This document shows, one piece after another, positions 9,547-19,810 of a DNA stretch of 64,000 nucleotides. Numbering within the stretch: position 1 is the first letter of the stretch; each line of letters opens with the position of its first letter. The position numbers and the translations under genes are program-made. This DNA is from Alphaproteobacteria bacterium. Lineage in GTDB: Bacteria > Pseudomonadota > Alphaproteobacteria > CAAHEQ01 > UBA3637. The notes under the pieces were generated by a model. It made no database searches. It was not told the origin of the DNA and saw nothing but the letters and a program-made list of their open reading frames with translations. The stretch spans positions 32,001-96,000 of the forward strand of contig JAZUQR010000021.1 of the NCBI GenBank assembly GCA_045605805.1. The letters run 5' to 3'.

Positions 9547-11379
9547 TTACTCAGTTTGTTTTTTTGTGCAGTTTCCGTTGTTCCATTGACAGCCCATCAA
9601 GGTACATGTTCCTTCGGCCTTAAAGCTGTTGCAATAGGTTTCCTCTGAGCCAGTTCTTCCTGAGGATGGTCTCTCAAATGTATATGAGCCATTTGTTGGT
9701 GACTCGTCAGTCCCATCGCCATTTATATCAATACCGTCTGGCCAGATGCAATAAACCGAGACTTCCAACACTGCACTCTCGTCTTCCGTAAAGCTATCAT
9801 CTGTCGATCCTTTATCTCCCACACAGGCGGTTTTTGTTATAGTTCCTCTGTAGCTTATTGCTACACCTTTGTTAGCAAGTTCTTCTACTTCTGTGTCACC
9901 ATCTAGGCTACAACTTCCCTCGTTTACAATCAAAACCACCCGTTCTTTGGCTTTTGCCAGTGTGTCCGGCAAGGTGACACTTATATCGTCGAGGTCGTGG
10001 GTGTGTCCACTTGTTTCGGCCGTAGTAGAACCATCAGTTATCTTTCCTTTATCATTTGTTGTGTTTATTTTCTCATCACTCCACGAAATTGGGTTTGCTC
10101 GTATCCCAACGACATAACCTTTTGGACAGTAATTTTCTGACAGTGTTACATTGACGTGTCCCCTCCCTCGTTTGACATCCTTCAAGATATAGTTGGGCAG
10201 GATTTCCGATAATTTAGCCCCGCCTCGGGACATCAATTTGACATCATTCATGACCGAGGTAAAGGCCGGATCCAACAGATAGTTTGTTTCTTGATTCTTG
10301 TTTTGCAGGTCTTGTGCTGTTGTACTAAACACAATTGCCCCTTCTTTTTTCAACTGAATGCCCGATTCTGCCCCAGATGGATCTGCCCCCACATGCAGGT
10401 CATTTAACACATATACATGGCCGGTTTCCTCGTCACTATCACCCCCTGTGGTCACCCAAAAAGCCGGTTGACAATTATTTGTACCGGGGGCGTAGATGTC
10501 GTCGCTTTGAATTTCAAACACCCCATCTGTTTCCTCAGCTCTTCTGTCTCCCCTAGTAAAACAATTACTATCTTGCCCAACCGTAAATTGTCCGTAGGCA
10601 TTCAAGTCTTGAAACGCCATAGACCAATGTTCTGTGGGCAAACCCACTTCAATCCTGGGCAGTTCAACCTCTGGTTGGAAAACATCCAATCCTGTCATCG
10701 CCACATAGGTCGGGATATTAGAGTTAAGAATCCCTTCGGCTGCCAAACTCCATGTACCAACCGAACCAACAATATCCGTGCCCGTGATATTTGGGTCATA
10801 AGCCCCCCCGTCAATGCCAACCAACATAGCCACACGGGCGGCCCGACGGAAGTTCCATGTCTCGTTATTTGTTCCCCCATCCGGCAACATTGTCCCTGGT
10901 TTTGGAACAACAACCCCGTAATAAGTTGGAATGGCAGCACTGCCTGTTCCCCGCAAATAGCCAAACAGATGAAAGTCATAATTGTCGGCTAAATAGTCTG
11001 CGTCTGCCCCTTCCTCAAAGAAATATCCGTCTGGCAGATATCTTCTTATATCCTCTAATATCTCCCCTAACGGAGTATCCTCTAACGGAATATCCTCTAA
11101 CGGATCGTTAAGACAAGGATTAACCACATTTTCCCCGATACCTGACATCTTACACATATCGTACAGTGGGGCTGTATTTGCATGAATCCAAGCCGAAAAA
11201 GCCTCTTTCACAATGCGGATTTCCGATGCCATTTGAATGTTATGTAATTCTTGGTTGCGTTGATAGATTTGCCGATACAGCACCGTTCCCATAAGCCCCA
11301 TCAGGCTTAATACGGCAACCACCTCTAACATAATTGCGCCGGATTCAGACTTTCTTTTTTCATTCTTTTTGAGCTTCAT
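9547..11379 (-). CDS. Large type IV pilin-like protein (PilV-like tip adhesin)
   Basis: Class III signal peptide: basic leader, SG|AIMLE (E5), hydrophobic helix; IDGGAY..GSVGTW region; Cys-containing C-terminus. Confidence 0.65.
   Translation of the reverse strand: MKLKKNEKRKSESGAIMLEVVAVLSLMGLMGTVLYRQIYQRNQELHNIQMASEIRIVKEAFSAWIHANTAPLYDMCKMSGIGENVVNPCLNDPLEDIPLEDTPLGEILEDIRRYLPDGYFFEEGADADYLADNYDFHLFGYLRGTGSAAIPTYYGVVVPKPGTMLPDGGTNNETWNFRRAARVAMLVGIDGGAYDPNITGTDIVGSVGTWSLAAEGILNSNIPTYVAMTGLDVFQPEVELPRIEVGLPTEHWSMAFQDLNAYGQFTVGQDSNCFTRGDRRAEETDGVFEIQSDDIYAPGTNNCQPAFWVTTGGDSDEETGHVYVLNDLHVGADPSGAESGIQLKKEGAIVFSTTAQDLQNKNQETNYLLDPAFTSVMNDVKLMSRGGAKLSEILPNYILKDVKRGRGHVNVTLSENYCPKGYVVGIRANPISWSDEKINTTNDKGKITDGSTTAETSGHTHDLDDISVTLPDTLAKAKERVVLIVNEGSCSLDGDTEVEELANKGVAISYRGTITKTACVGDKGSTDDSFTEDESAVLEVSVYCIWPDGIDINGDGTDESPTNGSYTFERPSSGRTGSEETYCNSFKAEGTCTLMGCQWNNGNCTKKQTE
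11049..11104. repeat. 15-bp in-frame repeat encoding PLED/PLGE units
   Basis: TATCCTCTAACGGA at 11076 and 11091; degenerate copies at 11061 and 11049. Confidence 0.8.
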
Positions 11380-11427
11380 TTTCTACTCCTGTTCTGTTTT
11401 TTCCTTTTCCTATGCAGTGGAATTAGC

Positions 11428-13038
11428 TTATTCTGCGGCAATAGGCACGGTATCCCTACCGAAGCGTTTGGTATCTATATCAAGCATTCTGTTTAATTGG
11501 TTTTTGGTTAATACCCTGTTGTCATAATATCTGACATTTAGCAATTTCACATTATTACTTGGGCCAAATGTGACGTTGGCTGTGCTCTCAAGGAGTGAAC
11601 CCACTACTGTCTGAATTGGTTGTCCATTCAAGTATAATGTCAAGGTTGTGCCTTCTTTCACAAGTTGCCAAATATACTTTTTAATACTTGTCTCATCCGA
11701 TAATGGCACTGTGTATAAGCTATCGGCGTCCCGATAGGAAAATGTCAATTCCCCCTCATCAACATACAGGGCATATGGTGCAGAAGAATCATTCAAAATG
11801 TTTCCGTTATTCAAATTGCCCTCTGTGACAAAAATCAATGTAAAGTTATTCGCTGGGTTTTGCTGAAAAGGCATGGTTATTGGATTGGTCAAAGTTGGTT
11901 GCCCATCAATTGCTACAATGTCGGCGTTTGGCGGAAGATAGATGCTGCCATTTAAGACTTTGTTTGTAAGAGAGGGCCATTGCGCTGTGCTCAACATAAA
12001 GGGAGCACCACGGGCGGCACTGTTGATACCGTCAAAATGATAGGTGGCAGGGGCAATGGATTCGTATGGGTTGTTTTTGACCTCACTGATACAAAAGAAC
12101 ACATCCTGCAAATCATTCTGTCCTTGAACTTGTGTCTCTGTATTGTTGACCATTTGTTCCAAAAAGCCTTGAATGCTGTGTGGCAACAATTTCATACAGC
12201 GATTGCCGTTATCAATGCAATATACTTCGCTTTGCTGTCCTTTCGATTCGTCAGGTTGGATTTTGTTTATCATGCCGACATTGGCGTTTATCCAGTGATA
12301 TTTTGGGTTATTTGTTTCATCTAATGGGGCCCGAAACAAAACGCCACAGTTGTGTGAGGCATGCGTGCGCCTTGTCATAGCCCTGCGCCACAGTTGTTTG
12401 CGAATTGCCTTGGGTTCGCCTTTTTCTTGCCACCACGCAGGCTCTAAAGTATCCGAATAGGTAATCACATAAGGGCGTACATCTTCACGAAATGATATCT
12501 GGCGGATTTCGTCTGCGGTTGCACAGCTTGCGCAAAATGAATCGTCAACAACTTCCCCCCCCGCAGGACATCCGCCTTCACACAAATAACGATAACAAGG
12601 GGCTAGGTTATTGCCGTCCAAACATATTAAAGCCGAATGATAACTGCCCGACAACTCTGTTCTATCTTGAAAACTCAAATATGATGTGTTGCTATCCTCG
12701 TTATAATGAAGCTCTGAAACCAGGCCATTAGGCAAAAACTCTTCAAGTTGCCCCCCTGGCAAGGCTATTGCACTGGCTTGCCCAACATATTGCACATTGA
12801 CATTACTTGCGAAAGCCTCTATTCCCGGTACACTAACACCGTTAACGCTTGAACCAGGCGCAACCATTCCCAACCAATAATAAAGATAATCCTTGGCGGC
12901 TTGATGCTGGTTCAAAAAACCAACCACATAGGCTTCGCCCTCGTAAGTATCCAATGACTGACGATGAGACACTGGGTCCATCAACACAATCAACAGACTA
13001 ACCAACAAAGACAAAAATGTTGCCAAATAAAGCATCAA
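11428..13038 (-). CDS. Membrane-anchored exported protein with probable C-terminal LamG/ConA-like domain
   Basis: N-terminal hydrophobic helix, Cys pairs; C-terminal YHFDG..FTLIFV..LYLNG..NVRYYDNRVLT pattern. Confidence 0.6.
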   Translation of the reverse strand: MMLYLATFLSLLVSLLIVLMDPVSHRQSLDTYEGEAYVVGFLNQHQAAKDYLYYWLGMVAPGSSVNGVSVPGIEAFASNVNVQYVGQASAIALPGGQLEEFLPNGLVSELHYNEDSNTSYLSFQDRTELSGSYHSALICLDGNNLAPCYRYLCEGGCPAGGEVVDDSFCASCATADEIRQISFREDVRPYVITYSDTLEPAWWQEKGEPKAIRKQLWRRAMTRRTHASHNCGVLFRAPLDETNNPKYHWINANVGMINKIQPDESKGQQSEVYCIDNGNRCMKLLPHSIQGFLEQMVNNTETQVQGQNDLQDVFFCISEVKNNPYESIAPATYHFDGINSAARGAPFMLSTAQWPSLTNKVLNGSIYLPPNADIVAIDGQPTLTNPITMPFQQNPANNFTLIFVTEGNLNNGNILNDSSAPYALYVDEGELTFSYRDADSLYTVPLSDETSIKKYIWQLVKEGTTLTLYLNGQPIQTVVGSLLESTANVTFGPSNNVKLLNVRYYDNRVLTKNQLNRMLDIDTKRFGRDTVPIAAE

Positions 13039-13059
13039 ACAACTCCCTTTTTGGATATT

Positions 13060-13836
13060 CTAAAATGATTTTTTATTTTTCGCAAGCGTTTTTTTCTTTT
13101 TTTCCCCCAGAACCGACAAAACATTATACAAGGTTTTAAGTTCCGAGTCTGTTAGACCGTTTCTTTCAAAGATATTATGCAAATTACGCTTCATTCTTTC
13201 TTTTTTTTCTTCAAAGGCATAATAGCCTTTTTCTTCCAACAGCGCATCCATTTTTTTCAAAAAAAGCGATAGTTCCTTTTTTGTGGCTGAACGCCCCGAT
13301 CCTTGCACCAATGTTTCTTGGGGCAACAAATTGCGGGTCCACCAATGATAGGCCATCAACAAAACTGCTTGTGACAGATTCAACGAACTGTGGGCAGGAT
13401 TTAATGGGATTTGCACAAGCATATCAGACAAAATCAAATCATTATTTTCCAAACCTGTGCGCTCGGGACCAAAGACCCATGCCACCTTGGCCTCTGTTTG
13501 AATGTGAATGTCCGACTTTTGGGCAGCAATCTCGGGTGTTATCAAGGGTTTTGTCATATCCCGCAGACGGGCTGTTGTAGCCAGCACACAATGAACATCT
13601 TCCAAAGCATTCCTTAAAGAATCATAGCTTTTGGCGTTTTCCAAAATCTCCGCAGCGCCAGAGGAAGCTGAAACAGCTTTTGGCGACAACCAATCCTCTC
13701 GTGGGGAAACTAAACGCAATTCGCAAAGCCCACAATTCATCATTGCTCGGGCCACCATACCTATATTTTCCGCTAGCTGCGGCCGCACAAGCACAATGAT
13801 TGGAGCTTCGCCTTTTTGTAAGGGGACTTTTTTCAT
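13060..13836 (-). CDS. trmJ: tRNA C32/U32 2'-O-methyltransferase TrmJ family (SPOUT)
   Basis: ENIGMVARAM, FGPERTGL, SLNLSQAV. Confidence 0.9.
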   Translation of the reverse strand: MKKVPLQKGEAPIIVLVRPQLAENIGMVARAMMNCGLCELRLVSPREDWLSPKAVSASSGAAEILENAKSYDSLRNALEDVHCVLATTARLRDMTKPLITPEIAAQKSDIHIQTEAKVAWVFGPERTGLENNDLILSDMLVQIPLNPAHSSLNLSQAVLLMAYHWWTRNLLPQETLVQGSGRSATKKELSLFLKKMDALLEEKGYYAFEEKKERMKRNLHNIFERNGLTDSELKTLYNVLSVLGEKKKKTLAKNKKSF

Positions 13837-13842
13837 ACAAAA

Positions 13843-14655
13843 TTATTTTTTCTTTTGAACAGTGGGCTTTTTAAGTTGGCCTTGCGTTTGAGGTTGCACG
13901 GCAGGGCCTTTTGCCTGTTGTTCTGGCTGAGGCTTAGCTTGTGCTTTTTTTTCGGATTTAGCCTGTTTTTCTCTCTTTTGCTGTTCTTGATAGCGTTTGA
14001 AATTCTTTTCAGATTCATACACCGTTTTTTCCCAACCTTTTGGCAACTGAGATGTATCTATGCCCATTTCCTTGATTTCTTTTACCGTTAGGGGTTTTTG
14101 TATAGACACCTGTTTTTGCCCCAGTTGTTCCTTTCCGACCAACTCCATTTGCTTTAAGGCCTTTGCGTGCATAGCTTTTAATTCATCCTGTGAGGCACGC
14201 ACATCTTCAAATGTTCCTGTTAAATCGGGCGTTTTTAACCCCATCAATCTTTCAGACGGATTTTCGGATTCAGATGTTGTTGGTTGCCAATAATCAACCA
14301 TTGTCTCTTCGCCCATTTTTTGTCGGGAAAAGGCGATACCTGCTTTTTCACTTGCCCCCTGACCTGCGATTTGGTCAAACAATCGGTTTGGATCATTTTG
14401 CAACAGATAGGCCATATTTTCCATGGACTTCACATTTTCCATTGTCACATTATTGCGATATCTTTCCAGCGAGGAGATCGTTTCCTTTGTCATGGCTGTA
14501 TCACCCAATTGTTGAATTTTTTTCGTCTCGGGCCGAAGTGTCATATCAGGTTTGCTAACTTTCACTTTTGGAATAGTCAGCCTTTGCTCTGGAACAACCG
14601 ATGCATATGCAACACTTGCTATTCCCATCAACATCAAAATAAGAATCTTTTTCAT
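13843..14655 (-). CDS. Hypothetical secreted protein with Lys/Gln-rich tail
   Basis: Signal peptide (AYA), 270-aa ORF within an operon. Confidence 0.75.
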   Translation of the reverse strand: MKKILILMLMGIASVAYASVVPEQRLTIPKVKVSKPDMTLRPETKKIQQLGDTAMTKETISSLERYRNNVTMENVKSMENMAYLLQNDPNRLFDQIAGQGASEKAGIAFSRQKMGEETMVDYWQPTTSESENPSERLMGLKTPDLTGTFEDVRASQDELKAMHAKALKQMELVGKEQLGQKQVSIQKPLTVKEIKEMGIDTSQLPKGWEKTVYESEKNFKRYQEQQKREKQAKSEKKAQAKPQPEQQAKGPAVQPQTQGQLKKPTVQKKK

Positions 14656-14674
14656 TTAGTCCCCCTTTTTTTGT

Positions 14675-15454
14675 TTATTGTGAACTTACTTTTTTTAATT
14701 TCAAAAACACCCATACACACACCGGTATTGACATCAGGTATAAAACCCCCAACACACCCATTGTCACCCATGGGGCAGAGATAATACCCGCCACAAAAGC
14801 AAACATCGCAAACATCAATACAGAACGCATTTTCTTACCAGGATGCAAATGCTTTAAGCAAATTGTTGGGATTTTACTGGCCATCATCACGCCCGCAAAA
14901 ATGACAAAACATGTAGCAATAATCGGATTCCGGAACAGCTCTACCTTTTCATTGCAGGCCATCCATAAAATCAATGGCAAAAGTGCCAAACCTGCCCCAG
15001 CTGGAGCCGGCACCCCCATGAAAAAATGGGTCCAATAGGAGGGTTGTTTTTCGTCTAACATCGTATTAAAGCGAGCCAAGCGACTTGCACAACATACAGC
15101 CAGAAATAAAACAACACCCCAATGAAGCCCAATGGCATCTGACCGATAGGCGATGTCTTTTAAGGCTTCCATTCGCAAGCCCTCATTCATTGTCCAATTG
15201 TACATTAAAAATCCAGGGGCCACCCCAAAACTTACAAAATCAGACAGTGAATCCAATTCGGCACCAAACCGGCTTGAAACCCCCAATAAGCGAGCCACTT
15301 TACCATCCATAAAATCAAAAAAACCGGACAACAAAATAAACACTACGGCCATATCCCATTTCCCCCACAAAGCCATATTCATTGAGGAAACACCACAGGC
15401 TAATGCCATCATTGTCACAGCATTTGGACACCAAGGTTTCAATTTTTCAGTCAT
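14675..15454 (-). CDS. pssA: CDP-diacylglycerol--serine O-phosphatidyltransferase
   Basis: DFMDGKVAR..GAELDSLSD..FGVAP, RLARFN; adjacent to psd. Confidence 0.93.
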   Translation of the reverse strand: MTEKLKPWCPNAVTMMALACGVSSMNMALWGKWDMAVVFILLSGFFDFMDGKVARLLGVSSRFGAELDSLSDFVSFGVAPGFLMYNWTMNEGLRMEALKDIAYRSDAIGLHWGVVLFLAVCCASRLARFNTMLDEKQPSYWTHFFMGVPAPAGAGLALLPLILWMACNEKVELFRNPIIATCFVIFAGVMMASKIPTICLKHLHPGKKMRSVLMFAMFAFVAGIISAPWVTMGVLGVLYLMSIPVCVWVFLKLKKVSSQ

Positions 15455-16167
15455 TTATTTTTCCCTTCTTTCATATCTGCCAAAATTGTTTCGCCGGCCA
15501 CAGCCACCTGCCCAAGCAAAACCTTTGGCACAACCCCTTTTGGCAAAAACACATCTAAACGTGAACCAAAACGAATCATCCCAAACACCTCGCCTGCTTT
15601 TAATTTATCCCCTACTTTTAAGGGACAATAAATGCGACGTGCCACCAAACCAGCAATTTGGATAAAGCCGATTTTTTCACCGTTAGAGGCTGTCATCCCA
15701 ATCAATTGCCGTTCATTATCTTCGCTGTCTTTATCAGCAACGGAAACAAACTTGCCAGGGATATATTCCAAATGGGTGACCTCTCCTGTCACGGGTGTGC
15801 GATTCACATGCACCGAAAAAACACTCATAAAAATGCTGATTCTAATCAGTTTTTCATTTCCAAGACCCAAGGCCTTTGGCGGCACCATTTCTTTGATATT
15901 ACTGACAATACCATCTGCGGGTGAAATAATCAGATTTTCACCAGCAGGTGTGAAACGATCTGGATTTCTGAAAAAATAGTATGAAAAAGCCAACACAGGC
16001 AAACCAATGAACCACACACCATTCCACAGTAATCCTAACACCCAAAAAAAGGCCAACATTGCAAAGAGGATTTTTTTTCCCTCTTTATGAATTGCCGGCA
16101 ATAGGTAGCGTTGCCATGACAAATCAACCGCTTTTACTTGTTCGGGTGTGGGCAATTTATAAGTCAT
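15451..16167 (-). CDS. psd: Phosphatidylserine decarboxylase proenzyme
   Basis: FFRNP, SPADG, HVNR, NER, IRFGSR cleavage motif. Confidence 0.95.
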   Translation of the reverse strand: MTYKLPTPEQVKAVDLSWQRYLLPAIHKEGKKILFAMLAFFWVLGLLWNGVWFIGLPVLAFSYYFFRNPDRFTPAGENLIISPADGIVSNIKEMVPPKALGLGNEKLIRISIFMSVFSVHVNRTPVTGEVTHLEYIPGKFVSVADKDSEDNERQLIGMTASNGEKIGFIQIAGLVARRIYCPLKVGDKLKAGEVFGMIRFGSRLDVFLPKGVVPKVLLGQVAVAGETILADMKEGKNK

Positions 16168-16183
16168 TTTTTCTCCTTAACTC

Positions 16184-16489
16184 CTAATCTTCAAAAGTAT
16201 ACAATGTATCAAACCGAGCGGCATACAACACATCTTTGACTTTTCCTTGTGCCCCTTTGATGGACAAGCTAACCTCTTTGGCAGCCGCTTCATCGTGTGC
16301 AATTACCAACATTCCCAAGGCGGCAGAATCCAAAAAATCGCATTCTGAAAAATCAAAAACCATATTTTTGTTATAGCCCGTTTTAATCATAGAAACAATT
16401 TCAAAGAAGGTATCATGATCCCGAAAAGTGAATGAACCACTCATTTGGATTGCAACACCGTCTTTCAAATTTGTTGTTTTATAATTCAT
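16184..16489 (-). CDS. STAS-domain protein (anti-sigma factor antagonist-like)
   Basis: FLDSAALGML phosphoacceptor motif. Confidence 0.88.
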   Translation of the reverse strand: MNYKTTNLKDGVAIQMSGSFTFRDHDTFFEIVSMIKTGYNKNMVFDFSECDFLDSAALGMLVIAHDEAAAKEVSLSIKGAQGKVKDVLYAARFDTLYTFED

Positions 16490-16524
16490 TTTTTTTCTCC
16501 CATTTTTTTGAGTTTTACCAAATC

Positions 16525-17277
16525 TTATACTTTCAGCCTAGACTTTTTTTTATCCTTCGTCAAGCACTTTTTTTTAGAAAATACAAAATAAATTGGTGTC
16601 CGCCCTGCCTCAATTCCCTTTTGTTCATATCGGGTTGGCACCCAATCTGTTGGAGCTTTGTGTAAGTCTTTGTTCTTTAACGAAAACTTTTTGAAAATGG
16701 CCATTTGCTCTTGAACCCAGTCGGCATAACCGGCCACATCCGTTGCCACAAACAAGCACCCTGTTGGACTTAGCAACCGATATAATTCTGGCAGATTTGC
16801 CTGATTGATAAAGCGTCTTTCGGCATGGCGTGCTTTGGGCCAAGGATCCGGATACAGCACAAAAATGCGTTCAAAAACACCATCCGGCAGATGTTCAAAC
16901 ACCGGACGAATATCATCTGGCCAAATTCGTACATTATCCGAACGCCCTTCTTCCAAATCTGTTTCAGGGCGAGGAAAACGGTGTGACCCATTCAAATGGG
17001 CCAACAGCGAAGACACCCCGTTCAAGAAAGGTTCTGCACCGATGAAACCCACTTTTTTGTTGATTTTGGCAAGCTCGGCCACATGTTCGCCACCGCCAAA
17101 GCCAATTTCAAGCCAGATTTCTTTTGGCTTAAACGGAAAGATTTTTGTCATATTTATCATACCTTTTTCGGGCACTTCCAATTTTACTTTTGGCAATAAG
17201 TTGTCCATCAATCTTTCTCTGGATGCCCCAATTGTTTTTCCTTTTCTGCGTCCGAAAAAGCGTAACATATTTTCCAT
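16525..17277 (-). CDS. trmB: tRNA (guanine-N7)-methyltransferase
   Basis: LEIGFGGGEH, YPDPWPKARH, ATD, TRYE. Confidence 0.95.
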   Translation of the reverse strand: MENMLRFFGRRKGKTIGASRERLMDNLLPKVKLEVPEKGMINMTKIFPFKPKEIWLEIGFGGGEHVAELAKINKKVGFIGAEPFLNGVSSLLAHLNGSHRFPRPETDLEEGRSDNVRIWPDDIRPVFEHLPDGVFERIFVLYPDPWPKARHAERRFINQANLPELYRLLSPTGCLFVATDVAGYADWVQEQMAIFKKFSLKNKDLHKAPTDWVPTRYEQKGIEAGRTPIYFVFSKKKCLTKDKKKSRLKV

Positions 17278-17290
17278 TTTTGACCTTTCT

Positions 17291-19753
17291 TTATATTGTA
17301 GGTTTCATATTCCAAATCTCATCTGCATATTCACGCACCGTTCTGTCAATTGAAAAATATCCTGAACGGGCGGTGTTCAACAAAGACTTTTGTGCCCATT
17401 TGCGTTGAGCTTTATAATCTTTTCCAATCTTATCTTGAACAGCCACATACGAAGCAAAATCCGCCAATAATAAATAATAGTCCTTAAACATTATGTTTTG
17501 GAAGATTTCCATAAACAGATTTTTGTCTTCGTTTGGTGTCCATGTACCGTCCACCATACTGTCCATCACTCGCTTGATGCGGGGATCATTGTTATAAAAA
17601 TCCCATGGACGGTGTGAATTAGTTTCGTGGCGAGCCTGTACCTCCTCTGCCGTCAAACCGAACAAATAGAAGTTTTCTTTACCAACTGCCTCCAAAATCT
17701 CAACATTTGCCCCATCCAGCGTGCCAACTGTGACTGCCCCATTCATAGCCAGTTTCATATTCCCTGTGCCAGAGGCTTCAAAACCGGCAGTGGAGATTTG
17801 TTCGCTGACATCCGCAGCCGGAATTACCATTTCCGCCACAGAAACTTTATAGTCAGGAATAAAAACCACTTTTATTTGATCTTTTACCCGTTTATCGTTA
17901 TTGATGACATTAGCCATATTATTTATCAGCTTGATAATGCGTTTGGCAAACACATAACCTGGGGCTGCTTTACCCGAGAAGATGTAAACTCTGGGGGATG
18001 GCAACTTTTGTCCTTCCTCGGTTATCTGGAAGTATTGATGCATAATATGCAATACATTCAACAATTGGCGTTTATATTCGTGAATGCGCTTTACATGCAC
18101 ATCAAACAATGCTTTTGAACTTACTTCAATACCTAATGTCTTTTTGATATACTGGACCAACTGTTCTTTGCGGGCTTGTTGAATGGATGTCATTTCTGTT
18201 AAAAACTTATCATCTTCTACAAACTTTTCCAATTTTTTCAATTCTGTTAAATCTGTAATCCACTTATCCCCGATATGCTGTGTGATAAAAGAAGACAATT
18301 CCATATCTGACAGCAACAGCCATCTTCTTGGGGTGACACCATTGGTTTTGTTATTAAACTTTTGTGGCCACATTTCATAAAAATCAGGCATCAGTTTATG
18401 TTTAACCAATTCACTGTGGATTTTGGCCACCCCGTTCACCGAGAACGACCCAACAACAGCCAAATGAGCCATCCGCACCTGTTTTTCATAGCCTTCCTCT
18501 ATTAAACTCATGCGGGCCAGTTTTGCATTATCCCCTGGATAGCGTGTGCGCACTTGATGCATCAACCATTCATTGATTTCATAGATAATCAACAAGTGGC
18601 GTGGCAGATATTTTTCAAACAAAGCCACAGGCCATTTTTCCAACGCTTCCGGCAACAAAGTGTGGTTTGTATAGGCCATACAGCGGCCGGTGATATCAAA
18701 GGCTTTCTCCCATTCCAAATGATAGACATCCAACAAGACACGCATCAATTCCACAATCGCCAAGGTTGGATGTGTATCGTTTAATTGCAAAACAACTTTA
18801 TTGGGCAATTCTTCAAAGCCAACGCCTTCCTCATTAAAACGACGCAAGATATCTTGAATCACGCAAGACACAAAGAAATACTGTTGAATCAGACGCAATT
18901 CCTTCCCTTCGGCCACTTCATCAGACGGATACAGAACTTTGGATATTGTTTCCACACGGATATTTTCTTCCACTGCGGCCACATAGCCCCCCTTATTAAA
19001 CAGGTCTAAATCCAACACATTATTGGACTTGGCCGAAAACAAACGCAAATAATTTACAGTTTTTGCGCCATAGCCTACAATCGGCATATCAAATGGGATG
19101 CCCAAGATATTGCTTGTATCTACCCAACACGGCAGCCGAACACCGTTTTTTTCTTCGTACTCTATACGACCACGCAATTTGACAAGGCATGCACGGTCGG
19201 CTCGTTCAATTTGCCACGGGGATTGCGTTGCCAACCATGAATCGGCTCGTTCTTTTTGCCATCCGTTTTCAAAGTATTGCTTAAATAAGCCAAATTGATA
19301 GTTGATGCCATAGCCATACCCCGCATAGCCCTGTGTGGCGACAGAGTCCAAAATACAGGCGGCCAACCGCCCCAAACCACCGTTGCCCAGTGCGGGATCA
19401 TATTCTTCTTCAATGATACTTTCCAATGAAATTGGATTATCCAAATGAACCTCTTTTAACACATCCATCAATTGAAAGTTCATCAGGTTATTAGACAGCA
19501 ATCGCCCCAACAAGTACTCCAACGACAGATAGTACATACGCTTTTTTGCTTTTTTCTTATGGCGAGCCGCTGTTTCAAAAACCTGATCCATACACAAATC
19601 ACGCATTGCCAATGACAAAGCACTTAGCAGATGGCTTTTATGTGCTTCGCACACCCGTTTTGACAGCGAGTATTTCAAATGCCATTCAATGCGTTCTTGT
19701 AATTCTTTGGCTGTAATGCCTTTTTTCTTTGTTTCAAGTTTTTTTTGAACCAT
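17291..19753 (-). CDS. glgP: Glycogen/alpha-glucan phosphorylase
   Basis: LGNGGLGRLAAC, LNDTHP, KRIHEYKRQ, EASGTGNMK (PLP lysine). Confidence 0.97.
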   Translation of the reverse strand: MVQKKLETKKKGITAKELQERIEWHLKYSLSKRVCEAHKSHLLSALSLAMRDLCMDQVFETAARHKKKAKKRMYYLSLEYLLGRLLSNNLMNFQLMDVLKEVHLDNPISLESIIEEEYDPALGNGGLGRLAACILDSVATQGYAGYGYGINYQFGLFKQYFENGWQKERADSWLATQSPWQIERADRACLVKLRGRIEYEEKNGVRLPCWVDTSNILGIPFDMPIVGYGAKTVNYLRLFSAKSNNVLDLDLFNKGGYVAAVEENIRVETISKVLYPSDEVAEGKELRLIQQYFFVSCVIQDILRRFNEEGVGFEELPNKVVLQLNDTHPTLAIVELMRVLLDVYHLEWEKAFDITGRCMAYTNHTLLPEALEKWPVALFEKYLPRHLLIIYEINEWLMHQVRTRYPGDNAKLARMSLIEEGYEKQVRMAHLAVVGSFSVNGVAKIHSELVKHKLMPDFYEMWPQKFNNKTNGVTPRRWLLLSDMELSSFITQHIGDKWITDLTELKKLEKFVEDDKFLTEMTSIQQARKEQLVQYIKKTLGIEVSSKALFDVHVKRIHEYKRQLLNVLHIMHQYFQITEEGQKLPSPRVYIFSGKAAPGYVFAKRIIKLINNMANVINNDKRVKDQIKVVFIPDYKVSVAEMVIPAADVSEQISTAGFEASGTGNMKLAMNGAVTVGTLDGANVEILEAVGKENFYLFGLTAEEVQARHETNSHRPWDFYNNDPRIKRVMDSMVDGTWTPNEDKNLFMEIFQNIMFKDYYLLLADFASYVAVQDKIGKDYKAQRKWAQKSLLNTARSGYFSIDRTVREYADEIWNMKPTI

Positions 19754-19810
19754 ATTTTCCCCCTATATTTTACAAGAAAGATAACCGACTTTTTTTTATA
19801 TTGCAAGTTT

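Noticed and set aside
9547-11379. Shufflon (invertible PilV C-termini)
   Set aside because: No adjacent Rci recombinase, no repeated sfx-like sites and no silent C-terminal cassettes; the gene ends at a terminator next to ftsH
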